DNA of 64,000 bases from a virus. Of the stretch, positions 46,304 to 55,712 are shown one piece after another. The stretch lies in the IMG/VR virus record IMGVR_UViG_3300029286_000030. One strand, given 5' to 3'. The first letter of the stretch is position 1. The number at the start of each line of letters is the position of its first letter. The position numbers were made by a program, and so were the translations under genes. Below the pieces are notes generated by a model. It was not told the DNA's origin. It searched no databases and saw nothing but the letters and a program-made list of their open reading frames with translations.

Positions 46304-46436
46304 TCAAATATGCTGCCATTAATCCTAAACATAATGGGATAAAGAAATCTGGAAAATCCTTAATACATACCAATATTGGCATAAATAAAAATGTATAAAC
46401 CAGCACATCCTCTGTTTCCATCATTTTCACCTTCTA

Positions 46437-46520
46437 TGCAGGGGAACGGATTCGGACCGTTGAAAGCACTAAGCTACAGGATCTTAAGTCCTGCCCCTTT
46501 GACCGCTCGGGAACCCCTGC
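46437..46520 (-). tRNA. tRNA-Leu (anticodon UAA), class II with long variable arm
   Basis: Minus-strand fold: acceptor GCAGGGG/CCCCUGC, 3-bp D-stem with GG in loop, anticodon stem CAGGA/UCCUG with loop CUUAAGA (U33, anticodon UAA, G37), 15-nt variable arm, T-stem AACGG/CCGUU, discriminator A; T-loop reads UCCGAAU (C at position 55, noncanonical); no encoded CCA. Confidence 0.55.
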
Positions 46521-46523
46521 TTA

Positions 46524-46883
46524 TTATTTGCCGTATATAATTTTATATGCGGAGCCAACTAAATTTTTAAATTGTTCTTGTTTTGGTCTTAATTCTTGAC
46601 CGGGATGTTTTATTTCAATAAATATTATTTTTCCATTTTTTATAACTATTCTATCGCATACTTCATTTGGTAAAAACATACTTTTATATTTTAATGTATC
46701 TGCAACACTATTTTCATATTTTCTACTTTCTAATCCCATTCTACGTGCTTGCCCATTTTTCATTCTATGATTTTTATGACTTAATTGAACAGCAACAACG
46801 GAAGAACATTTTCTAGAACAATATTTTTTTCTATTATGTTTAATTAAAAACATTTTTTTACAAGTAGGACATTTTTTATTCAT
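46524..46883 (-). CDS. Zn-ribbon + PD-(D/E)xK nuclease-like (Hjc/VRR-NUC-like) protein
   Basis: CPTCKK...CSRKC; G.ESRKYENSVADTL...CDRIVIKNGKIIFIEIK resembles Hjc core. Confidence 0.5.
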   Translation of the reverse strand: MNKKCPTCKKMFLIKHNRKKYCSRKCSSVVAVQLSHKNHRMKNGQARRMGLESRKYENSVADTLKYKSMFLPNEVCDRIVIKNGKIIFIEIKHPGQELRPKQEQFKNLVGSAYKIIYGK

Positions 46884-47140
46884 TTTTGAATCACCTTTAT
46901 ATCTAATTCAATAAGTTGTCCTTTTTTAAGTTTAAGTTCTTTAACAATTGGTTTATCTATTATAATACCAAGACATCCGCCAACAGTGATAACTTTCTTT
47001 GTTGTTTTCATATAATCATCTATATATTATAGTATGCTCGAGTTTATAAATCTATCGCTTTACATGTTTTACAAACCCATTTTGAGTCTGCTTTCACTGA
47101 ATATAATTGAAACGATTGGTTGCATTTAGCACAATTAATT

Positions 47141-47464
47141 TTAACCCACATTTGAATCACTCTTGAACACATCATATAATTTAAGAATATTTTGATCAAC
47201 ATTTAAGCACATAGGGCCCAATTCATTTAATCTATTTATATCTTGACATTGTTTAATATCATTCATACACTGCGTAGTTGCAAAGCAAATTACCAAATGG
47301 TTATACATTATTCGCCCATTGTATTTATACATATTAATATCTTTATTTAATTTATTAATTTCTCCAGCTGAGTTATCTAATAATCCAGGAGTTAATAGAA
47401 TAAACCAAAAACTAGTAATTATAGCTCCAATGAATATTCCTATTAATAATTTACTATTTATCAT
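47141..47464 (-). CDS. Small TM/secreted Cys-containing protein (107 aa)
   Basis: N-terminal TM, ORF. Confidence 0.4.
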   Translation of the reverse strand: MINSKLLIGIFIGAIITSFWFILLTPGLLDNSAGEINKLNKDINMYKYNGRIMYNHLVICFATTQCMNDIKQCQDINRLNELGPMCLNVDQNILKLYDVFKSDSNVG

Positions 47465-47562
47465 AACATCACCACGGCATCAAATTCATTATATCATAAC
47501 CAAAAATATTTTTTAATATCATATATATTGCAAAACAAAATATTGCAAATAAAACCAATCCT

Positions 47563-47991
47563 TCAAACAAACTGGATCCTCTCCGCTTTTAACCCCTTAA
47601 AATCAACTGCACGCGGAGTCTTTTTAATATGTTTAAGAAATCCAGTTCGCCCCTTAATTAATTCATCCTTAGTCATCCAAAATTTATCACATGTTGGACT
47701 TTCACAATGAAAATTAACTTCGTTATCTTTAGGATCCATGAGCATTAAAACTGGAGTTCCACAATATTTACAAAATTTTTCGTTTGGCCAAGGAACAATA
47801 GTTTTGGGTTTCCAAGGCTTACCAGCTGTTGGATTTTCAGCTATATTATCAATAGCATTCAATAACATCTTTTTATCTTTAGAATTAACGCGAGATAAAG
47901 TATTCTTTACGCTAGGGCTTAACACCACTTTATATTTATCCTTACGCATATTAATATTATAAACAAATCTATTTAAAAAGGTTTGTTCCAT
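47563..47991 (-). CDS. Zn-finger protein (142 aa)
   Basis: CKYCGTP...CESPTC. Confidence 0.45.
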   Translation of the reverse strand: MEQTFLNRFVYNINMRKDKYKVVLSPSVKNTLSRVNSKDKKMLLNAIDNIAENPTAGKPWKPKTIVPWPNEKFCKYCGTPVLMLMDPKDNEVNFHCESPTCDKFWMTKDELIKGRTGFLKHIKKTPRAVDFKGLKAERIQFV

Positions 47992-48007
47992 ATAAATATT
48001 TGATAAT

Positions 48008-48574
48008 TTAAACCATTTCTACGAACCTAAACCCGTCTTTATGTAATTCAGTATTCCAGTCTTTTTTAAAATTATCAACTTGCCTAATATCAAATGGTTT
48101 AGTTAAAAAATGCATTCCTCCCGGAGTTTCATATTTTTCAACAACAACGATATCTAACGCTTGTAAAAGCAATTCAAACTCTGGAACTTGTAGTTTATCA
48201 TCTTTATCGAGCATAAATAATTTTTCTTCAGATGAACAACTTTCTGGCCTCATCATAGCCGAAATCCATTCAGAATGAACTTTATCTAACCATTCCATTT
48301 TACATTCTTTATCTGATCGCTGCCATTCAAGTAAAGTGTGTTGCCATTCATACCAAGTTTTTCTTAAGTCGCGCCAATTAACTGTTTCATAAATTCGCCA
48401 TTTATATTCTGGATAACATCCAGCTATTGCACGTAATTCATTAAGCCGTTTTTCACGTTCTTCTGGTTCTGACCAAACTCTCTTAAATACTTTCCTATGT
48501 TGCATTGATTCACAAGTTACATTAGTATTATCTTTTTTGCGCGGAATGGCTAATAAAACTTTAACCTTGTTCAT
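48008..48574 (-). CDS. Hypothetical protein (188 aa), Trp/Glu-rich
   Basis: ORF, 14-nt overlap with upstream gene. Confidence 0.5.
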   Translation of the reverse strand: MNKVKVLLAIPRKKDNTNVTCESMQHRKVFKRVWSEPEEREKRLNELRAIAGCYPEYKWRIYETVNWRDLRKTWYEWQHTLLEWQRSDKECKMEWLDKVHSEWISAMMRPESCSSEEKLFMLDKDDKLQVPEFELLLQALDIVVVEKYETPGGMHFLTKPFDIRQVDNFKKDWNTELHKDGFRFVEMV

Positions 48575-48827
48575 TTTGAATCACTAACTTATTCAAATCA
48601 TTAATATTAATTCTAGCATAAAATCCTTGCGGGTGTGATATAACACAATCTATTCCGCCAGCCAATCCTCTATCTACAGCATAATCATATCCATTATCTA
48701 AACAAAATTTTTGTGCATTATTAAATGCATTATCATGTTCAACAGTTATATTAACAAAATGAAAAACTGCAAATACCATTAATACCCCAATAACTCCAAC
48801 TATAAACATTTCAAAATCGCCCATCAT
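48561..48827 (-). CDS. Small membrane protein (88 aa)
   Basis: N-terminal TM. Confidence 0.4.
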   Translation of the reverse strand: MMGDFEMFIVGVIGVLMVFAVFHFVNITVEHDNAFNNAQKFCLDNGYDYAVDRGLAGGIDCVISHPQGFYARININDLNKLVIQNEQG

Positions 48828-48828
48828 T

Positions 48829-49098
48829 TCACCTTACATTTAATTGCATTGTTGAATAACTATCTAAATCATTATATGTTCTGCCATCAGCACACTCTTT
48901 TAAATCATATTCTGTGTGGTTTCCAAATAATCCACCCGAACTTGATGTGTGTAATAAATGGCATTCAATTCCATTCGGTGCGAAGTATGTTCCTGTTGTA
49001 TCGTATCCTAATCCAGATAATACTTGAATGAGTACAATCACTATCACTAACAATGGTACAACCATAGCAACTATTTGCATCTGCCCAGATTGATTCAT
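48829..49098 (-). CDS. Small membrane/secreted protein (89 aa)
   Basis: N-terminal TM. Confidence 0.4.
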   Translation of the reverse strand: MNQSGQMQIVAMVVPLLVIVIVLIQVLSGLGYDTTGTYFAPNGIECHLLHTSSSGGLFGNHTEYDLKECADGRTYNDLDSYSTMQLNVR

Positions 49099-49283
49099 TT
49101 TTTAACCTTCTTTTTTGGTGTAAACGCTTTAGCAATGTATTCTTCGGTTATTTCTTCTATTGAAACTATCTTGCCTTTAACCATATATAATGTATTTTTC
49201 TTTAAATTTAATTTTCTTATTTGTTCTGGCATTAATAATGCTTCAATATCTTCAGTTAAAAATACTTCATTAAATTCAATCAT
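49095..49283 (-). CDS. Small protein (62 aa)
   Basis: ORF with 4-nt overlap. Confidence 0.3.
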   Translation of the reverse strand: MIEFNEVFLTEDIEALLMPEQIRKLNLKKNTLYMVKGKIVSIEEITEEYIAKAFTPKKKVKK

Positions 49284-49625
49284 AATAATATCGTCTCCCT
49301 TCTTTTTTCAATATAATTTTTTAAATTATCAAATGCTACAACTTCTATTGTTATATTATATTCATTAGTTGTAATTCTATCAACCTTCTTCTCGTTAATA
49401 AATTTTTCTAATAAATTAAGTTCGTTTTGAATAATTATCTTTTCTTGGTCATTCATCCTTTCACCTTCAATAATTCGGATAAAATTTTATCTTGGTTTAT
49501 ATAATCTTTTATGGTAACTAATGTAATTGAAGTTACGAACGCGTTCATATCTTTACCTTTATAAAAAACTTGAATATCTCTTGAAATTCTGTCGTTTGCT
49601 TTTATTGTCATTTTTATCATTTTAT

Positions 49626-50798
49626 TCATCCTTTCACCACCGCTAATGGACTCAATTTTGTTTTTATTTTTACCAAATCTTTTTGATTTTCCATAACAAC
49701 ATCAATATCTTTATAACTTCCCGGAGCTTCGTCTAAATTTTCTATATTCCGTACGGAATGTAATATCCCCAAATCATTTAATTTTTTCTGCTCATCTGCG
49801 AGATTTAAAGTTCTCTGTGCGACTTTTCTACCCATTTTTCTACCTGCACCATGAGAACAAGATTTAAATGACCACATATTTCCGAGCCCCTCGACAATAT
49901 AACTTGAAGTTCCCTGCGACCCAGGAATTAATCCAATTTCTCCTAATTGAGCTGATGTGGCACCTTTTCTATGAACCCAAACATCTTTGCCAAAATGTTT
50001 TTCGTTTACTGCATAATTATGGTTAATATCATATTCCCATGTTATATTTGCACCTAAATGTCTATTAAAACTTTCTTTAATAAAATCCATCATAAATGTT
50101 CTATTATTTTTAGCAAACTCCATACAATAATTCATTTCTGAAATATAATTTGATCCTTCTTGAGAATCTATTGGTAATGATGCTAAATCCCATTCTGCAG
50201 GTATATTTGAATACCATGTTTTATTTAATTCTTTTGCAAGATTATTATAATATTCGCATACTTTAAACCCCAAATTTCTTGAACCGGAGTGTATCATTGC
50301 ATAAATAAATCCATCATCCCCTTTTTGAATTTCACAAAAATGATTACCAGAACCTAAACTTCCAACTTGATGTGTTGCTGATTTATATTCGCTTTCCACA
50401 ATTCCGCCTGGCAATATAGGTGATTTTGGCATTCTATCTTCATTGGATTCTTCTCTGTGTTTAAATCCAACTGGAACATCTTTACGGATATCCGTAAGGA
50501 TTTTAACAATATCAGTTTTATTAATTTCTTTAAGATCTGTTTTTATTGAATGCATCCCACACGATACGTCCGAACCTACTGCATGAGGAATTATCATATT
50601 TGTTGTTGCAAAAACTCCACCTATAGGAATTCCAAATCCGCTATGCGCGTCAGGCATTAATGCAACATGAGAAAAAATAAATGGTAAATTGGCAGCATTT
50701 TTTGCTTGCTGTAATGCTTCGTTTTCCAAATCAGTAGCCCATACTTTAATTGGAACTCTTTCAGTAGTAATATTAATCATAATCCACACGCATCCCAA
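49626..50798 (-). CDS. rtcB: RtcB-family RNA ligase (short, 390 aa)
   Basis: ALMPDAHSGFGIPIGGV, GSDVSCGMH, SGSRNLG, CSHGAGRKMGRK motifs. Confidence 0.82.
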   Translation of the reverse strand: MGCVWIMINITTERVPIKVWATDLENEALQQAKNAANLPFIFSHVALMPDAHSGFGIPIGGVFATTNMIIPHAVGSDVSCGMHSIKTDLKEINKTDIVKILTDIRKDVPVGFKHREESNEDRMPKSPILPGGIVESEYKSATHQVGSLGSGNHFCEIQKGDDGFIYAMIHSGSRNLGFKVCEYYNNLAKELNKTWYSNIPAEWDLASLPIDSQEGSNYISEMNYCMEFAKNNRTFMMDFIKESFNRHLGANITWEYDINHNYAVNEKHFGKDVWVHRKGATSAQLGEIGLIPGSQGTSSYIVEGLGNMWSFKSCSHGAGRKMGRKVAQRTLNLADEQKKLNDLGILHSVRNIENLDEAPGSYKDIDVVMENQKDLVKIKTKLSPLAVVKG

Positions 50799-51547
50799 TT
50801 AATTAATGTATCTAAACGTTTAAAAAGGTTTGTTTTATCCTTTTTATATTCGTGTTGCCAAACTATTATTGTTTCTAAATTATGCTCTGCTTTTATTTTA
50901 GCTATTCGCATTTCATCATTATACCATATCATTGAGACTTCTTTTCCATTAATCTGCTCATCGTGCTTATATTTTTCTGGATTTGCGTGCCAATAATCTC
51001 CATAAAATTCTATAATCAAATTTAAATTCTCTATAAAAATATCGGGTCTTGCCCAGCTTCTATCAGAAAATCGTAATGCGGGGTGCTGTACAGCAGTTGG
51101 GCATATATTTTGTAATTCTCTAAAAAAATTATCTTCTAATTTACTATGATTAGAAGAATACTTCCCTTTTACTATTGCCCCATTTCTCCAAGATTCTTTC
51201 ATTTTATCGCTTCGTAATATTCTCTGTTTATTATCAGTAAATTGTTTTAATGCACTCGCTCGTTGAAATTGTTTAAATTCATTTGAACGTGTTAATCCAG
51301 TAGACTTTGTAATTACTTTATTTCTATATTCTGGAATCTTCCATAACGATTTAGATATCTTAGACAATTTTATTTTAGTCGCATTAATACTTTCTTTAGA
51401 ATGATGTTTTCCATAAAATGGATTGTTCTTTCCAGTTCTATCTCTACATTTATTACAATACCCGAATTTACAATTACGTGATATTGGTTTTTCACACGTT
51501 ATACATGTTTTCATAAAGTATTCACTATTTCTTTTAAATATCTCCAT
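50777..51547 (-). CDS. Freestanding homing-endonuclease-like protein: Zn-ribbon + NUMOD3-like motif (GKNNPFYGKHHSKES) + C-terminal restriction-endonuclease-like domain (IIEFYGDYWHANPEKY)
   Basis: Motif matches to phage homing-endonuclease modules; overlaps rtcB start by 22 nt; start trimmed to Met43 (alternative Met54 at 51514). Confidence 0.55.
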   Translation of the reverse strand: MEIFKRNSEYFMKTCITCEKPISRNCKFGYCNKCRDRTGKNNPFYGKHHSKESINATKIKLSKISKSLWKIPEYRNKVITKSTGLTRSNEFKQFQRASALKQFTDNKQRILRSDKMKESWRNGAIVKGKYSSNHSKLEDNFFRELQNICPTAVQHPALRFSDRSWARPDIFIENLNLIIEFYGDYWHANPEKYKHDEQINGKEVSMIWYNDEMRIAKIKAEHNLETIIVWQHEYKKDKTNLFKRLDTLINWDACGL

Positions 51548-51842
51548 AATCCCACGCATATGGTTTATGATTTTTATAAAAATGTTTAAATCCTTCTTCA
51601 CTATCTGCGTATACTTCTGTTTCAAAATCTCCCCATACTTTACCATATTTTGGGTGTTCTGCTTTAAAATCATTTATCCATTCGAAATAATCCTCGTGTA
51701 CTTCTGCAGTTATAATCCAACCATCTTTATGTATTTTTGTATATTCTTTTCCATCTAAATTATATGGTTCGACCTCGCTAGCATTAAGAGTTAGTGCGCC
51801 ATTCTCAGATTTAAAATCTACCCCAAATTTTTTTGTAATCAT
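51534..51842 (-). CDS. Hypothetical protein (102 aa)
   Basis: ORF. Confidence 0.45.
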   Translation of the reverse strand: MITKKFGVDFKSENGALTLNASEVEPYNLDGKEYTKIHKDGWIITAEVHEDYFEWINDFKAEHPKYGKVWGDFETEVYADSEEGFKHFYKNHKPYAWDYGDI

Positions 51843-52041
51843 TTCATCACCAATATCTTTGATTTTTTACTTTACATACTGGGCAAGTAAAACTTATATC
51901 AATCCCAGTTTGTTCTGTTCCAATTTTTTTATAATCTTTTAAATAATCTCTATCTAATACCGCGCCGCAATGTTCACAACTTACTAAATCATATATATCT
52001 GTCATACATTATTCATAATCCGAAACCTTTTTAAATAGGCA

Positions 52042-52446
52042 TTATTTGATGATTAATATATTTGGGGGCCGTCTACGCTTTTTGCGTAAATTAATAACAA
52101 TATCTTTTCCATCAACAAATACCATTATCATCATCATCATTAAAATAAGCATTACTTCAAGAACCAGCATTACATTATAACCTATAACTTCATTAATAGA
52201 ATGCGCCAATGTTTGAGATTCTGTCATTTGACAATTACTATCCCAATGAGTTGACATAAATGCGGTTTGTTCTCCATTTAATAATTCATTAATAGAATTA
52301 CCATCCAAAAAATCCCAATTAATGGTTCCTTCACATCCATAATATTTACCAATTTGTTTGTGTGTTACTTCATGAACTTGAGACATTAAAAATATAATCA
52401 TTAATGAAAATAAAAATATAAAAAGTAATTGTTTAATTATGCCCAT
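52042..52446 (-). CDS. Membrane protein (134 aa) with HEVTH motif after first TM
   Basis: Two TM segments; HExxH may be a chance match. Confidence 0.45.
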   Translation of the reverse strand: MGIIKQLLFIFLFSLMIIFLMSQVHEVTHKQIGKYYGCEGTINWDFLDGNSINELLNGEQTAFMSTHWDSNCQMTESQTLAHSINEVIGYNVMLVLEVMLILMMMMIMVFVDGKDIVINLRKKRRRPPNILIIK

Positions 52447-52467
52447 ATTTATCTACTCTTCTAAATA

Positions 52468-54249
52468 TTATGTAAAATTTTTTATACAGAAATCGTATAT
52501 TATGTCATTATTCATGTCATCTTCGGTTCCAAATAATCCCCACAATAATTTCTTTTTATAATAATTAACACAATCTGGTATTTTCCATAATGCCCAATTT
52601 TGTGAATATAATGTATTAATTTGTAATTGTGCATTATAATCGTCTGTAGCATTATATATATTCCCGTCTGACATTGAATATATTATGTAATTGGTATCTT
52701 TTATTGAAACATATTTTAACAAATTTGAATCATACGCATAACTATTACCCCTCATATTAAAATCGGAAATAATATTCGGAGTATTTGGTTCAATATAACA
52801 ATATCCAGAATTATGAAATTCATATGGACCAGTACATCCAATCCCAACGGTGGCATGATTAATATTTGGCATATCAATATATGCTGTTTTATATCCCATA
52901 TTTTTTAATAAATTAATTAATAACATTGATTTTTCTCCACATACTCCAATCCCATTGTATAATACTTGGTAAGGATATAAATATCCTGTACTTTCACGAA
53001 TATCATCGCCGTTAAAATAATCTATTTGTTGCACCATATTTACAATAGATCTAACTTTATTTTCATTCGAAATTGGTAATAAATTAAAATAATTTGATAT
53101 TATTAATAATTGTGTTTGAGAAACTGATTCATTAATACGAGTAATTATCTTATTTTTATCTCTATCACATCCATTACAATCTTGTAATATATTTAAATAA
53201 TCATTGATTTCTCCATACATTGTTGTTGAATATGTTTCTTTAATGCCTTGATTATAATAATAAAAATTCTTATTAAACGAACTATAAATATTCATATCAT
53301 TGCCATATAATCTATACAATACAGAAGCATTTAAATATCTATTATTAATATCATCTCTTTGAGCAACAGCATTTAAATATTTTGTTTGAAATATTGTTAA
53401 TTCCGCGGTTTTTGTATTATATAATGTTAATAAGTTATTAAAATTTGTTTTAACCTCTAAATTTTCTGCATTTATTTGCATTAGTTGTACACCCATTATA
53501 TTTAATGAATTTTGAAGATTCGTTTTTTCAGTAGTTAATAAATTAATTTCTGATTGTAATTCATTTAATTCAGCTATATTTAAATCATTGGCAACTAATA
53601 AATTATTATATTCTAATTGTAAAGTATTTAAATTAATGGTTTTTTCTATTAATCGAGAATTTAAATCATTTATTATAAGTTGTAAATTGTTTTTTTGAGT
53701 AGTTAATAAATTAATTTGTATATTTAGATCATTTAACCTGGTTTGATAATTTTGATCTTTCTGTAACCCAATAAACTCTAGGTTATTTTTATCTAATTGT
53801 AACTGTCGATAATTACTTTGTAATATATTTAAATCATATGTTTTTATTAAAATTTGCGAATTTAAATCATTTAATCTAGTCTGATAATTTTGATCTTTTT
53901 GTAATCCAAGAAAATCTGATAAATTTTTATCATAGTTTAATTGATTATAATCTGTTATCATTTTATTTAATTCGATTTCTTTACGGGCAATTTGTAAATT
54001 TAATGCAGTTATATTATTTTGAAGTGTTGTAACTGTTTGATCTTTAGTTACCCCAAGTAAAATAAGTTGACTTTTTTCTAAAACAACTTGATTATAATCT
54101 ATTTGCAATTTATTTAGATCTGTAGATAATTGTATAGATAATGTATTTAAGTCATTAATTTTGTCTTGTAATATAGCTGTTTTATTGGTGCACCCAAATA
54201 GCAATAGAAACATTAGGATGATACTTACACCAAGTAGTATCTTATTCAT
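52468..54249 (-). CDS. Lipoprotein: N-terminal coiled-coil region + C-terminal transglutaminase-like Cys-protease fold
   Basis: Lipobox LLFGC; heptad-like L..LN.LQ repeats; GVCGEKSMLLINLLKNMGYKTAYIDMP..NHATVGI (Cys...His core). Confidence 0.6.
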   Translation of the reverse strand: MNKILLGVSIILMFLLLFGCTNKTAILQDKINDLNTLSIQLSTDLNKLQIDYNQVVLEKSQLILLGVTKDQTVTTLQNNITALNLQIARKEIELNKMITDYNQLNYDKNLSDFLGLQKDQNYQTRLNDLNSQILIKTYDLNILQSNYRQLQLDKNNLEFIGLQKDQNYQTRLNDLNIQINLLTTQKNNLQLIINDLNSRLIEKTINLNTLQLEYNNLLVANDLNIAELNELQSEINLLTTEKTNLQNSLNIMGVQLMQINAENLEVKTNFNNLLTLYNTKTAELTIFQTKYLNAVAQRDDINNRYLNASVLYRLYGNDMNIYSSFNKNFYYYNQGIKETYSTTMYGEINDYLNILQDCNGCDRDKNKIITRINESVSQTQLLIISNYFNLLPISNENKVRSIVNMVQQIDYFNGDDIRESTGYLYPYQVLYNGIGVCGEKSMLLINLLKNMGYKTAYIDMPNINHATVGIGCTGPYEFHNSGYCYIEPNTPNIISDFNMRGNSYAYDSNLLKYVSIKDTNYIIYSMSDGNIYNATDDYNAQLQINTLYSQNWALWKIPDCVNYYKKKLLWGLFGTEDDMNNDIIYDFCIKNFT

Positions 54250-54286
54250 TTATATAATATATACCCAAAAGGTTTTTAAATGTATC

Positions 54287-54481
54287 TTACCAGGTATAAA
54301 TTACATACCATTTTTTGTATCCATCATCATAGGTCATATTGGCCCATATATTTCTAGTCTTTAAAAGATTCAAATATTTTTCAGCATCTCTTTTGCGCTC
54401 AAATCCTTTAATTACTAAACGGGGTTCTTTTTTTATCAGTTTCCCCATATTAATCAATATTGTGTGGCTATCCATAATCAA
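54287..54481 (-). CDS. Small protein (64 aa)
   Basis: ORF. Confidence 0.35.
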   Translation of the reverse strand: MIMDSHTILINMGKLIKKEPRLVIKGFERKRDAEKYLNLLKTRNIWANMTYDDGYKKWYVIYTW

Positions 54482-54720
54482 TCCAATCTTTTAAATGTTT
54501 TTGAATATGCATTTTCCATTTTAGCATGTGCCTTCTTTATTTTTTTACTATTTTTTGTTGCTTTCATTTAGTACACCGCCTTTCCCATTTTACCTTCGTA
54601 TACTTTTAATTTTTTACTAATTTTTTTTGCTCTTGCTTTACCTTTAACCATATTTTCACCTCATAACTCATAATTACTTATAATATATCATACTATTCTA
54701 GTATTTATAAATCTTTCTAA

Positions 54721-54957
54721 TCACATCATTATTTCTGTTAATTCTTTTGCTTTTTTCATTCTAAACGCAGTTAGTTCTGCATTTATATTATATCGTTCTT
54801 CATCTATACCGCCTTGTCTTGCAAACCAGTCAAGCATACTACCCATTCGTAATGGATCGTCTTTTTTTAGTTCAGATTTCATGCGGTTTACTTGGGGTTG
54901 TTCTTTATCATCCTCAATTCCTTCCAATATAAATATATCTAATGCGTTTTCACTCAT
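54721..54957 (-). CDS. Small acidic protein with shared N-terminal leader motif (MSENALDIFILEG); ATG start (ORF-track GTG at 54966)
   Basis: N-terminal similarity to leaders of 56740, 58012 and 58821 genes. Confidence 0.45.
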   Translation of the reverse strand: MSENALDIFILEGIEDDKEQPQVNRMKSELKKDDPLRMGSMLDWFARQGGIDEERYNINAELTAFRMKKAKELTEIMM

Positions 54958-54962
54958 AAATA

Positions 54963-55232
54963 TCACATATTTTTATTTAACTCATCTATTCCATCTTTTA
55001 GTGTTTTTAATTTTTTCATTTCTGATATTTGTTCTGCTTTTAATTCGGCTCTTTTCTCTAACACACTATTATAATTAGGTGCTTTTTCTGAAAACGATGT
55101 ATCTTTACCAGGTTTCCAATTTTTCTTAATCCATTCTTCTTGCATTTCTTTTTCTTCGTTTTCGTTATGTTCAAGACTTTCTAATTGGTATTGTCTTAAT
55201 TGTTTATTTTTTGATAACGCCATAAATATCAT
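54963..55232 (-). CDS. Small charged coiled-coil protein (89 aa)
   Basis: ORF. Confidence 0.4.
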   Translation of the reverse strand: MIFMALSKNKQLRQYQLESLEHNENEEKEMQEEWIKKNWKPGKDTSFSEKAPNYNSVLEKRAELKAEQISEMKKLKTLKDGIDELNKNM

Positions 55233-55531
55233 CTTCTTTTATTGGTTCTATCGTTCTTAGTAAATGCGGGTTCATCAATCAAATCACCCATTTTTTCAAC
55301 TTGATCTTCATATAATTGTGCAACCATATGATCTTTTGTAACAGCACTATCTGCTTCATCTCCTTCATATTTATGAAAATCATTATGAGCATTTAATAAT
55401 TTAAATCTCTCTAATTCTGATGATGCTTGGTATGGGAAAATCGCAAAATCTCCACACTCTAAACATTTAGAAGAACCATCGGTTCCATGTGCAAATAAAC
55501 TTGTTTCTCTTTTAGCAACTATTGTACCCAT
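55229..55531 (-). CDS. Small protein (100 aa)
   Basis: ORF. Confidence 0.4.
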   Translation of the reverse strand: MGTIVAKRETSLFAHGTDGSSKCLECGDFAIFPYQASSELERFKLLNAHNDFHKYEGDEADSAVTKDHMVAQLYEDQVEKMGDLIDEPAFTKNDRTNKRR

Positions 55532-55712
55532 AAAATCACCTAATAATAATTTGGAACTCCATCTAATTTTGTTTGTTGAATTGATTGAACATCTTCAACT
55601 ATTTGATCAAATTCTTTTTTCTTTTTAATTTGTTCAGTTATTTTATCCAAACTGCGCTGCATTTTAATTGCATTTTCCATATACAATCATATATATCGGA
55701 GATATATAAAGC

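Noticed and set aside
46437-46520. Plus-strand tRNA reading of the same palindromic locus
   Set aside because: On the plus strand the anticodon loop lacks U33 and the D/T arms do not form. Only the minus-strand reading gives a canonical cloverleaf.
52042-52446. HEVTH as a third metallopeptidase motif
   Set aside because: Kept only as a weak possibility. An HExxH match is expected about once by chance in this amount of protein sequence and there is no additional zincin signature.
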